A program made the translations under genes and the position numbers. A DNA stretch of 64,000 bases from Malacoraja senta (taxonomy: Eukaryota): contig CM075991.1 of NCBI GenBank assembly GCA_038087875.1, forward strand, positions 12,154,001-12,218,000. Reading direction: 5' to 3'. This document shows positions 35,301 through 45,700 of this stretch, in pieces. The notes under the pieces were generated by a model, which saw only the letters and a list, made by a program, of their open reading frames with translations, had not been told where the DNA came from and did no database searches. Position 1 is the stretch's first letter. Every line of letters starts with the position of its first letter.

Positions 35301-38145
35301 AGTGACTTTTTGTTCAGCTTCCTCCATGCCTGCAATCCAGACACTTAAATTTTTTTTTTAAACCTTCCAACTTGCATTAGTTCAGAGAAAAATCCTTATT
35401 CCCTACAACTGCACTATGTGCCATGTGCAAAATTCATGCCATTTTCACATCTAAGCTATTGTGACAGCACTTCTCAAACCCTCTACCCCGGGCACCAAGA
35501 GGGCAAGGACAGCAGGCTGATGGGAATATCATGAGTTATATAGTATGGAAACAGGCCATTCAGCCCCAACACATCCATACTAACCAATGGAAATATCTGG
35601 ATATGAAAATAAATTGTTGTTCCTTCTCCATTGTTCAGTGTAAATACTGGAACACTCTACCCAAAGCATTGCCCACATCCTGAACAAAAAAGGAAAAACT
35701 AGATAGACACAAAATGCTGGAGTACCTCAGCGGGACAGGCAACATCTCTGGAGAGAAGGAATGGGTCGAGAGCCTTCTTCAGACCCGAAATTGCAGACCT
35801 GAAACATCACTCATTCCTCTCCAGCGGTGCTGTCTGTCTTGCTGAGTTACTCCAGCATTTTGTGTCTATCTTCAGTGTTAACCAGCATCTGCAGTTCCTT
35901 CCTACGAAAGAAAAAAGTACATTCTTAATTCTATTGAAGCTTCATGTGAGGTGGTCCACAGTGCTCGAAGGTGAACAACTCTAGCTGCTCTTCCTGGATA
36001 ACTTAACTTTCCCATCTCTGAAACCATGGTGCAAAATCTTCACATGCTCCTCTAATGCCATAACATGCTTCCAATAGCGCGATGTGTGGAATTGGAAACA
36101 ATATTTCATCTCAAATCTATTTTTTAAATAAAAGTTGAGGATAACCTTTTGCTGTCATACTCAATGATTCCATTAATAAAACAAGGGATGCAAATGCTTT
36201 TCTGCACAATCTTCTTATCCTTTCTTGTCCTTTTGCAGAGATTCAAGTAAAAGCCCCGGGAAATGATCACAGTGAATGGCGGTGCTGGCTCAAAGGGCTG
36301 AATGGCCTACTCCTGCACCTATTGTCAGACATTCAGCTGGTTTTCCATGTCTTTGAGTGATCAATTCAAAAATAGCATGGAAAGGTTAACCTGGATAAAA
36401 AATACCTTCAAAGAAAACTTGAACAAATTTTCACCCTGCCAAAATAATAATTAAAGAGCAATTTGCAAAACATTCTGGGGAAGCTCCTCCAGGTAACTCA
36501 TGGGATTTCAATTCTAAAAGGATTACATTTTTTAATTGGGTGCAAATGTGTTGTTTTTTACATTACATCCCAAAGATCAGAATTGCTCTGACTTTCCTCA
36601 ATTACTTTCTTAACTGTCTGTCCAAAGATAATACTTCACAGCCCTCCACCATCAAATCTCTAGACAGTGAGTTAAATTTGGACCACCTGATAGTTTACAA
36701 TGAAAATCACCTTGTAAAGTATTAGCTCACCAACGCTGTGTAGCCTGATCGATCAGGTGAATTAGGATCGGTCCCTTTTTCTAGAAAATTCTGCACCCTG
36801 CCGAGTTCACCATTACAGGCTGCTGACCAGATGCCTACATCGAGGGAAGAGGAAATATTCAGGCAGGTAATTTCCCAGTTGTAGAGCAAAGAGAACTTGC
36901 TCCATGTAACTCTCCCATTGAAAAATGTACACTTCCTGCCCAATTACAAATTAGCTACAATCACATGCAACAAATGCCACGACCTAAACAGCCTGTTCCT
37001 AGACCGCTGGGGACCATACATTCTCTCCTCACCCATGATGCCCGTAAAGTTGCTTATATTTATATTGCTGACTAGAGCCTTTATGGAGAGAAATTTGGCC
37101 TAGGAGAGTGTGAAACTGTCGCTTTACCCATCTTGACAATGGATCTGTACAACATTATTGGCATCTCTCCAGCGCTTTGAGGTGTCTGTTGTTTGAAGAA
37201 TATTAGAAGGACTATCACTGCTGCCTAGTGAACCATGGGCGTGAAAGCTATGGGCTTTGGATTAGAGGTCTTAATCTTGGCGATTACTTCTATTTTTCAG
37301 TAAAACTATGTTTTCTCAGGCGGATAATCGCTTACTCAGGACACAGAAGATTCCAAAGAATTATTAGGTAAACACAAAATGCTGGAGTAACTCAGCGGGT
37401 CAGGCAGCATCTCTGGAGAGAAGGAATGGGTGACCTTTCGGGTCGAGACCCGTCTTCAGACTGATGTCTCGACCCGAAACCATCCTCGACCCGTCACCCA
37501 TTCCTTCTCTCCATAGATGCTGCCTGATCCGCTGAGTAACTCCAGCGTTTTGTGTCTACCTTCGATTTAAACCAGCATCTGCAGTTCTTTCCTACACCAA
37601 AGAACCATTAGATGAGAAAGAGGGGATTTGGTGCTGCCGTGGCCAATATTTATCCCTCTAATATCCTCAGAGGTACAGCATGCCCATGGAACACCCAGGA
37701 ATATTCTGTGATTCACAAAATCAAATTTAAAGTGAAAGTTCTACCTTTAATTCAACATGCATATGTAACCGTGTAGATAAGCTGCCCACAGAGGGAATGT
37801 TGAGGAGAATTCAATGCAATGTTTGACGCTGTCAACATTACTGATATACTGGACGGGGTGGAAGATTGCAACCTTCACCTGGTCCGCCCTGTTTCGACGA
37901 ATGCAATCAATCCGGCGTGCACAATCAAATAAGATCAAATAGAACAAGTTGTCCTACAACTTTAGGCTGTGCACGCCATGCAAAAGAAGAAGAAGAAAAT
38001 ATACTGGACCACTCTGGGGAAGTCAGAGCTTGAATGGTTTTGTACCTCTGTCAAAATCCATTTCCTCTAATGTCTGCTGTACACTTCTTGGGACTGAGTC
38101 AATAGAACAGCAGGTACAATCCATACTATGGCTAGCCGAGGCCAT
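32228..38145 (-). CDS. ANKRD39: Ankyrin repeat domain-containing protein 39 (4 coding exons, 187 aa)
   Basis: Exons 38046-38145, 36731-36834, 34863-35066, 32228-32383 splice in frame. Diagnostic N-terminus [21 protein letters not shown] followed by ankyrin repeats ([37 protein letters not shown]). Confidence 0.93.
33040..33246 (-). mobile_element. CR1-type LINE fragment
   Basis: [16 protein letters not shown]...[13 protein letters not shown]. Confidence 0.8.
34610..34637 (-). ncRNA. Minimal hammerhead ribozyme core in a Penelope-derived repeat (best-preserved copy)
   Basis: CUGAAGA-A-GGGU-CUCG-ACCC-GAAACGUC. Confidence 0.6.
34863..35066 (-). CDS. ANKRD39: ANKRD39 coding exon 3
   Basis: [68 protein letters not shown]. 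Confidence 0.93.
36731..36834 (-). CDS. ANKRD39: ANKRD39 coding exon 2
   Basis: [35 protein letters not shown]. Confidence 0.92.
37365..37597. repeat. Inverted pair of Penelope-derived terminal repeats (fold-back)
   Basis: ~37367-37460 is the reverse complement of ~37467-37561. Confidence 0.8.
37855..37908 (+). ncRNA. HDV/CPEB3-like self-cleaving ribozyme motif
   Basis: P1 GGGGUGG/CCGCCCU, P2 GAUUGCA/UGCAAUC, P3 ACC/GGU, L3 UUCACCU, J4/2 CGAA with the catalytic C at 37898. Confidence 0.82.
37855..37998 (+). mobile_element. ~140-bp non-autonomous retroposon with a 5' HDV-like ribozyme (copy 2)
   Basis: 11-bp TSD atatactggac (37844-37854 / 37999-38009), (AAG)n tail, homologous end to end with 8840-8978. 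Confidence 0.9.
38046..38145 (-). CDS. ANKRD39: ANKRD39 coding exon 1
   Basis: [33 protein letters not shown]; a strong acceptor at 38195 suggests a non-coding upstream exon. Confidence 0.9.
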
Positions 38146-38699
38146 GCTTCTGGTTGGAAGTAGATGTAGACCAATGTAGACCAGCAAAGACGAGCTGCAA
38201 GAGAAAATTACTATTACTATTTAAGCTCCACCCAGGTCCCTTCCAATCTTTCTGTAGCTGTTCGGCTCCTCATTAAAACCATCTATACTTATACCCTCTG
38301 GCAGACAGTTGTAAATCTCTGTTGGTGAAGATATTTTATGAATTCCCATTTTGGTTTATTTGAGATCGCCTTTAAGTTCGTTATTCGCCACAATCGAGGA
38401 AAGGTTACGGAAGGGGAGTGTTTACCCCTTTCAATTGGTCAGCATGGCTCGTTCAAACCCCGCGCCGATCTTTTCCCCGCAACCTGGTCGCCCGCATTCT
38501 CTCCGGTAAATTCACCTTCTCGACCGGTGACCCCAAAAAACAAAGCGGAGTGATGGTTCTACCTCTGGCCACGACTGACTGGGTCTTCAATAGTTGACCA
38601 CATCCAGACTTTAAATGTTTTCTCCACAGGTACTGACCGATCCCCAGTGTTCTTTCGCTTGCATTGTCTGATGTTTTTAAATTATTTCGACACCATCTT

Positions 38700-38975
38700 T
38701 AAAAAGACTGGGTCGATGGACTTGACAGGGACTCGTCTGATAGTTCCTCGTCAACATTTCCACTCTCAGATTCTAGATCTTCTGCTTTTCTTATTTTCTT
38801 TTTGTGCTTTTGTAATTGAATTCTGTCCTTGATTTGTGTACTGTGGTGTTTTTATATTTAATTTATTCCGATTATGTGTTTTGTATTTTTGTGATTCTTA
38901 TGCCTTGTAAGGTGTCCTTGGGTGTTAGAAAGGCGCCAGCAAATAAAATGAATTATTATTATTATTATTATTATC
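38700..38975 (+). mobile_element. L2-type LINE 3' end with (ATT)n tail
   Basis: TGTAAGGTGTCCTTGGGTGTTAGAAAGGCGC...AAATAAAATG(ATT)7. Confidence 0.65.
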
Positions 38976-39249
38976 ACCACTTTGAAACCAAAGCTAAACA
39001 TGGTAGTGCAAACCTGATTCACAAAACTATATGCCTAACCGCTGACTGGATCGTTACTCAAACCCTAGAAGCAATATTAAAATTGAAGGACTGGAAAGAC
39101 GTGTAATAAACGAAAGATGGCCGCAAAAACAGCGTGCACTCATGCAGACAAACCCTGGTGAGTCAGCACTTCCTATACCACCAATGTCAGCATTAACAGC
39201 AGTTTGAACTCGGACTATTTCTCAGGACAAACACCTCCATTTCACTCAC

Positions 39250-39420
39250 CTCTTGAAAACACAAGGGTTCACGATGTAACTAACAGTAAAGATACAACCA
39301 AGTCCGCAGCCAATCCGAGCGGAGGGGGGAGGAACCGAAGTGTATCCAAATTGAAATGTCTGGATAGCCCCAGAGGCGAAATTCGTGATCACATTTCCTT
39401 GCGGTCGCGACGAATTGTTT
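39250..39420 (-). promoter_or_regulatory. Probable ANKRD39 promoter and non-coding first exon
   Basis: Local CpG enrichment, a CCAAT box, a G-rich box, and a consensus donor GAG|gtgagt at 39250/39249 upstream of the acceptor at 38195. Confidence 0.45.
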
Positions 39421-40519
39421 TTGATTAAATGTACCTCAATTAAAAAAAATAAAAGTTCACCAATCATTACTTTCCACGTTGATCTTGTATGTGAACACCA
39501 GATGGCGTAAAACATTGGTATTTGTTTGGGGTTCAAACATAAATCACAATTTCAATGGTCTCAACCCAAAACATCACCCATTCAATTAACTTCTAATAGG
39601 TGGAGTCGATCTTTATCAGTCCGGCTGAATCTCAATCTCCCATCAAGTCACAGTTTGCTGACAAACGTTCAATCCGGCTTCTTCTCCAAATACTTAAGGA
39701 TTTCTGTTTTTAAATGGTTAGATCTCAGGTATTATTTCATGCTGGTATCTTCAACAATGCCGTTTTGACAGCACTGTAATATTGCTGGACCAATATAATT
39801 ACTGATGAGGAAATTACTTGGAGGAAAGCCACAAATGTATTTCTGGCCGGAACAGAGATCATGTGAAGAGGAGTAATGCTAGAATAATCTGGGCGGCTTT
39901 CAACAACCCATTGTATTTGCCACCACCGCATAATACCATAAAAAGAGGTGGCAGGAGATGACACTAGTTCAGTTTATTGTCACGTGTACCAAGGTACAGT
40001 GAAAAGCTTTTTGTTGCATGCTGACCAGTCAGCGGAAAGACTACGGTTACAATTACGCCATGCAGAGCGTACAGATGCATGATAAAGGGAATAACGCTTA
40101 GTGCAGGATAAAGTCCCTCAAAGTCCGATTATAGAAACATAGAATAATAGGTGCAGGAGGCCATTCGGCCCTTCAAGTCAGCACCGCTATTCAATATGAT
40201 CATGGCTGATCATCTAAAATCAGTACCTGTTCCTGCTTTCTCCCCATATCCCTTGATTCCTTTAGCCCTATGAGCTAAATCTAACTCTCAGAGGGTCAGA
40301 TAGTCAGAGGGTGCTGGTGGCCTTGCCAAGGCAGCTTGAAGAGTAGATGGAGTCAATGGAAGGGAGATTGGTTTGTGTGATGGTCTGGGCGATGTCCACA
40401 ACTCCCTGCGATTTCTTATGGTCTTGGATGCGCAAGGAGTTCAGCCTTGGGTTGTGGTAACACGCTCATTAGAGCGAGGTGGGAGCGTGCGGGTGATGGA
40501 GAGGTTGGGACGTTTGGGA

Positions 40520-40870
40520 GTTCAAAGTTCACATGAGCACGTAATCTAGGCTGACATTTCAATGTAGTGCTGAGAGAGTGCTGCACTGTTAAAGATAGTC
40601 TTTTGAATTAGTTATTAAAATTTCCCTCTAAAGTAATTGTAGATAATTCCATGGCACTAGTTTGAATCGCATGGATGTTCTCCTGTTGGCTTGGCTAAAT
40701 TTTAATCTCCTAACCAACATGACAGTACTCAGATTATCTGATCATTATCTCATTGCTGTTCACAAAATGACTGCCCTACAATTCTAAAGCGTCTAGATTT
40801 CTAAAATACTTAATTGGTTATAGAGCACTTTCAGATGTCCTGAGTTGGTGAAAGATGCTATATTAAAATT
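40520..40870 (+). mobile_element. Ancient DeuSINE (SacSINE1/AmnSINE1-like) relic; similar relics near 200-310, 41160-41290 and 43600-43870
   Basis: GGCTGACA...GTGCTGCACTGT...CCATGGCACTA...AACCAACAT...CAGATTATCTGATCATTATCTCATTGCTGTT Deu-domain-like blocks. Confidence 0.6.
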
Positions 40871-42506
40871 CAAGCACAAGCGAAAATTCTGTATTTAAAA
40901 GTTGCTGCTGTAAAACCAGCAGAGACGAAACAAAGCAAAACATGGACATTCCCTTTTCCTTTAAACTCACACCCTTGAGTTAGAAGGTTCCAGGTTGAAG
41001 CTCGACTCTGGTATGTGATCGAGTGACTGTGGTTGACCAGAATTGGGGAAAGGGGGTTATTGTTGCACAGTTGTAATTGAGACATGAAACAAAGACCGCA
41101 AATACTATTCAAGTTGATATACTAGATTCTGCATCACAATTCAAAAATCAGTAGATTGTCATGGTCAACAATCCATCCTTGATTATTACCACAAAAAAAC
41201 TGCCACTTGTTTCATTTACAGTTAAGTGGGACTTTGCTCATTTATTTTCCTGTTGAATAGATCTTGCGCTTTAGAAATAATTAGTTGCAAAGCGTTCTGG
41301 GCAGTCCAAGGACCCAACTATAGAAACAATGAATCATAGAGACACAAGAGACTGCAGATGCTGGAATCTTCACCAAACACAAAGTGCTGGAAGAACTCAG
41401 TGGGTCAGGCAGCATCTCGGAGGAAATGGACAGTGTTTCCCAACCTGAAATGTCATCTGTCGCCTGTCCATTCCTTCCAACAATGCTGCTTGAGAAAATA
41501 TTCTTCCAGCACTTTGTGTTTTGCTAAATTCAGAATCGCTCTGTCCCCACTGTCTGCTGTTCAGATACTGTATGCTATGAGCAGAACCACTCACAAGAAA
41601 TAATACAAAGGATTTAACTTTTATAATTTTACTGTAAAATTTAAAATTCTTAATTTTACTGTTCTGACAGTAACATTTTAGAAAACAAAGCAAAATAAAA
41701 AGCTGCAAATGTTGGAAAACTAAAATGTGAAAAATTCTGAAAATACTCAGCAAGTCAGATTCTCACTGAACAGGTAGCATCAATGGAGTTTAATAAAAAA
41801 AAGAGTTTCTCTTCCCACCGATGCTGCCTAACCTACTGAGATTTTATTAGTATTTTCAGCTTTTATTTTACATTTCAGAATCTGTCCTTCCCTGCCAACA
41901 ATGATTCATGGCAAACTCCAACTTCAGAGTGCCAAATGGTTGCTAGTGTGGCCAGAAGTGATGGTCTCTGCTCAGATAAGGGCTCCTGCAGTTCGATCAG
42001 TGTCCTTGCAAACTCTGCAGCCAATGTGATGCGAGGTATATATTTTTTGGGATCTTTATCACAAGCATGTAAGCCACCAGTCAATCTTGTCCTGAGAAAA
42101 CGGAAGCCAGATAAATATAAGGCATGTTCCCAGTTTACAATGATCCATGCAAGTTCTCCTCAATCTATGTATGTTGTTGACAGCCTCCCAGGCAATTGGG
42201 AAAATGCAAATTCAAATGTTCATATGATTAATCTTTTAAATACTGTGATGCGTTTTCATAGTCAAAATTGAACACGGCGTTGAGCTGAAATTGCACAGGG
42301 TTTAACATGTCAAGAAGTTTGAAACTTAGTCCACAAGTCTTCTGACCAAGGGTTCCAAATCTGTGGAGTTTCAACCACTCTCATTCACCTTTAAAACAGA
42401 CCTTCCAGAGTCTCCTTTGCGTTCCCTTTGAACGCTGCCACTGAACCTTCGTTTCTCTCTCTACCTGCACAGGAGGTAGAGGTGGAGACTGCATGAAGTC
42501 GGGATT

Positions 42507-42715
42507 TCAATGTACATTGATGGTGGCTAGGGAGGGACTGAGTTCCATAGTCTGTTCCAGAGAGGATTGCTGTTCTCTATATTCAATGTGTCCATTCCGG
42601 TGGTGACCATACTCAAACTTAATCCTCATTTCTCCAATCTTTGATTTAGGCAAAATATCTGGGATCCATTCAATTATAAAAGGAGTAGGTGCTTTCTGGT
42701 CGGGAGACATATTCC
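42507..42715 (-). CDS. C2orf42: C2orf42 last coding exon
   Basis: [42 protein letters not shown]...NVH*. Confidence 0.92.
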
Positions 42716-45700
42716 CTGGATGAGAATAAAAGTTCCACAGTGAAATTCACGAAAAGGCATAAATTAAAATAGCTTTAATCAAAAATCTGTTCCACATCTT
42801 GTTTTATCCTCAGACATACACTGGCCAAAAAGGTTTTTAATAAGCTTTTATTAAGATCTATTTATTTGGTGTCTCCTGGAGGATTGACAGGAAAGAGTAG
42901 TTCAGATATGCCAGTAGACTCTCCGAATAGCACAAATTCACAAAAAAAAATTAACAGGCAGTTCATGAATTAAGGAACAACGGCAGCATTAATATTCACC
43001 TTCAGATATTAAATATAGAAGCACCCAAACATCAGTCACCAGCAGATATACTCACCTACTCTCAGGAAGGTCTTAAGTTCCAGTGGTCGAATAGTTGGCT
43101 GCTTTTCCATCCGACTGTAAGCCTCAGCAATACTTTCAACCTGAACCTTTGGGCACTTGAACAACTCGTAAGTGCCATCACGGTTTTCAATAAAACTGCG
43201 GGTAATCTCCAATGGCATCTGTAAGACAGAAAGGTTGGAAGAATTGTTAGCAGTCCCGAGAGCCATTTTCTGCTCTGCACAACATTAATTAGATTAATAC
43301 AATGTTAGCAGACTAAAATGTTTGTCTCTCAAACTTTCGAGTGGGTGATTTAAAAAAAAAAGTAATTTACCTAAGGCAGTGGGTTTTTTTGCATTTCATT
43401 TGCATGATCACCTGTTTCAGATATTCTGAAGAAGGGTCTCGACCCGAAATGTCGCCTATTCCTTCGCTCCATAGATGATGCCTCACCCACTGAGTTTCTC
43501 CAGCCTTTTTGTCTACCTTTAATCTCATTAATACTGTGCAGAGCAGAAAATGGTTCTTGGGACTGGTCAGTTAGAAGTTTATGATTCAACTTTTATTTGA
43601 GTGACTCGAGTACAAAAACCTAGTCTGACACACCAAACCAATACCGGGGGCTGCCAGAAATAAAGATTGGACATAAAATCACGAGATAGTTATTTCTCTG
43701 TGTCGTGGCAATATTTACCCTTCCAAAATCACAAATGACTATTTGATTGTTGCCACATTGCGTTTCATGGATCTTGCTGTGTGCATATTGGATAAAACAT
43801 TTTCTACATTACAACAATGCCCACACTTCAAAAGTACTTTGTTGGCTGCATTGTATTATATAAATACGTCTTTTTTCCCCAAAAGAAACAGATTTTTTAA
43901 ATTTGTTATCATATGAAATGTGCTTCCAATTTTTCCCCCCACACGTAATAGAAACAGATTCAATAGTTACTTTCAAAAGTGAGTTGGATAGATACTTGAA
44001 CAGAAAACCTGCAAAACCAGAGGGAAAAATTTCACAGAATCCGCACAGATCAAAATGGCCTCTTCTATGCAGTATGATTCCATGACCAGCACATAGACCA
44101 TGACAGCTCAATCAGTAAATAATTAAGCTATGTAAGATATACATTCTTATCTCAGAAAGTGAAAATTTAAGGAACGGCATTTACTCCTCAGATCAAGGTT
44201 TGTTTTTGTTCAGGGGGGTTATTGTTAGCACAAGTAGACACCAAAATGCTGGCAGCATCTCTGGAGAGAAGGGATGGGTGGTGTTTCGGGTCGAGTCCAT
44301 CATATTTTGAACCAGCATCTGCAGTTCTTTGCCGCACCTATTGTTAGCACAATGCAGATTTCAACCATCTCTCTTTTTCAATTCCCCCCTCCCCCACCAT
44401 CCCATCAACGTTTTAGAACCACTTCTGAGAGATGTAATACCTACCTCGGGGGTATCAAATATCTGTTTGATATGAAGAACATTTGTGATCTGCCAGGTGT
44501 ACTTGGAGAACGTTCCCAGAGGTAATGCATCCTTTCGAACAAAACCTGAATTCAGGTTACAAACAGACAAAGGGAAAGGATAGTTAATTTCTCCTGCTAT
44601 TTCCTGAGGCCCCCAACAAACCAACCTCACCCCAAGGCAGAAGTTACTGATTTAAAACCAACTGTTCACTCTATGTAACTTCAAATAAGTAAAGTTCTCA
44701 GTGGTTGGTCTATTTCTCCCTTTTCCCTTATCAAATCCACTTTGTTCTATTACCGGTCTACTTTTTCCCCGCATACTATAACCAAGATATAGTCCTGGGG
44801 TCTGGTCTATTTCCAAGCTAGTATTCCACAATTGTCTCTAGTGCATGATAGAGCATTTTGCATTACCTGTGGTGGAGTTAGGAAGGCGTTTCTTTTTACT
44901 TCCCATGGAAATTCTCTGCTGCAGAGCGTCGAAGAAAGCCTGAGGAACGTGGAACACCAGTGGCTCAGGTTTGCCTGCATTAACAACAACCTGCATTGAA
45001 ATTACACCCTTGATAACGTGAACTACAGCTTTCAATCATGCAGCACCTCAAACAACAACTTGCATTTATAGTTCTCTTTAATGGGGTAATGTCTTTGCAA
45101 GGTTTAACAGAAATTTAATAAATCCAAATAAATCTTGTGACATCAACCCAAAGGAAGGCACCTTAGCATAAGTGACTGACAGTTTGGTCAATGAGCAAAT
45201 GGCTTGAGAGAGCGAGACAGCTCCCGAAGTGAGAGAAAATTATTGCTGTAAACACACAAAAGAGAAAAAGAGTCAGAGATTTTTCTTTTTAATTGTGTTG
45301 ATGTAGAAGACTTTTAAAACACATCCCTTTCCTTCGCTCCATAGATGCTGCCTCACCCGCTGAGTTTCTCCAGCACTTTTGTCTCCCTTTCTTAGCATTT
45401 CTAGTTGGAGTGAATGATATATGAAACCAACATGCACATAATTTTGTGCAGCTTGGAAAGATCATGTTATGAAAAAGAATATTGGTGAATCACATCGGGT
45501 GCTGTTTAACACTGTTGAGGTTGCTACTAAAATGCAGGAGCATTTTGAGAGGATGCTTGCTGAAGACAATATTCCCCAAATGACCTGATATATAACGAAC
45601 TTTATGTCCACTATTATTGTACTTTGAATGTGTTTCCAATATTTATTATGGGAACAAGCACAAAGTTTTTTTTCTCAGCCATAGTGATGAAAGTAACTGG

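Noticed and set aside
39110..39165. Possible antisense first exon (AAGATGGCCGC ... CTG|gtgagt on the plus strand)
   Set aside because: Only a motif coincidence; no downstream exon evidence.
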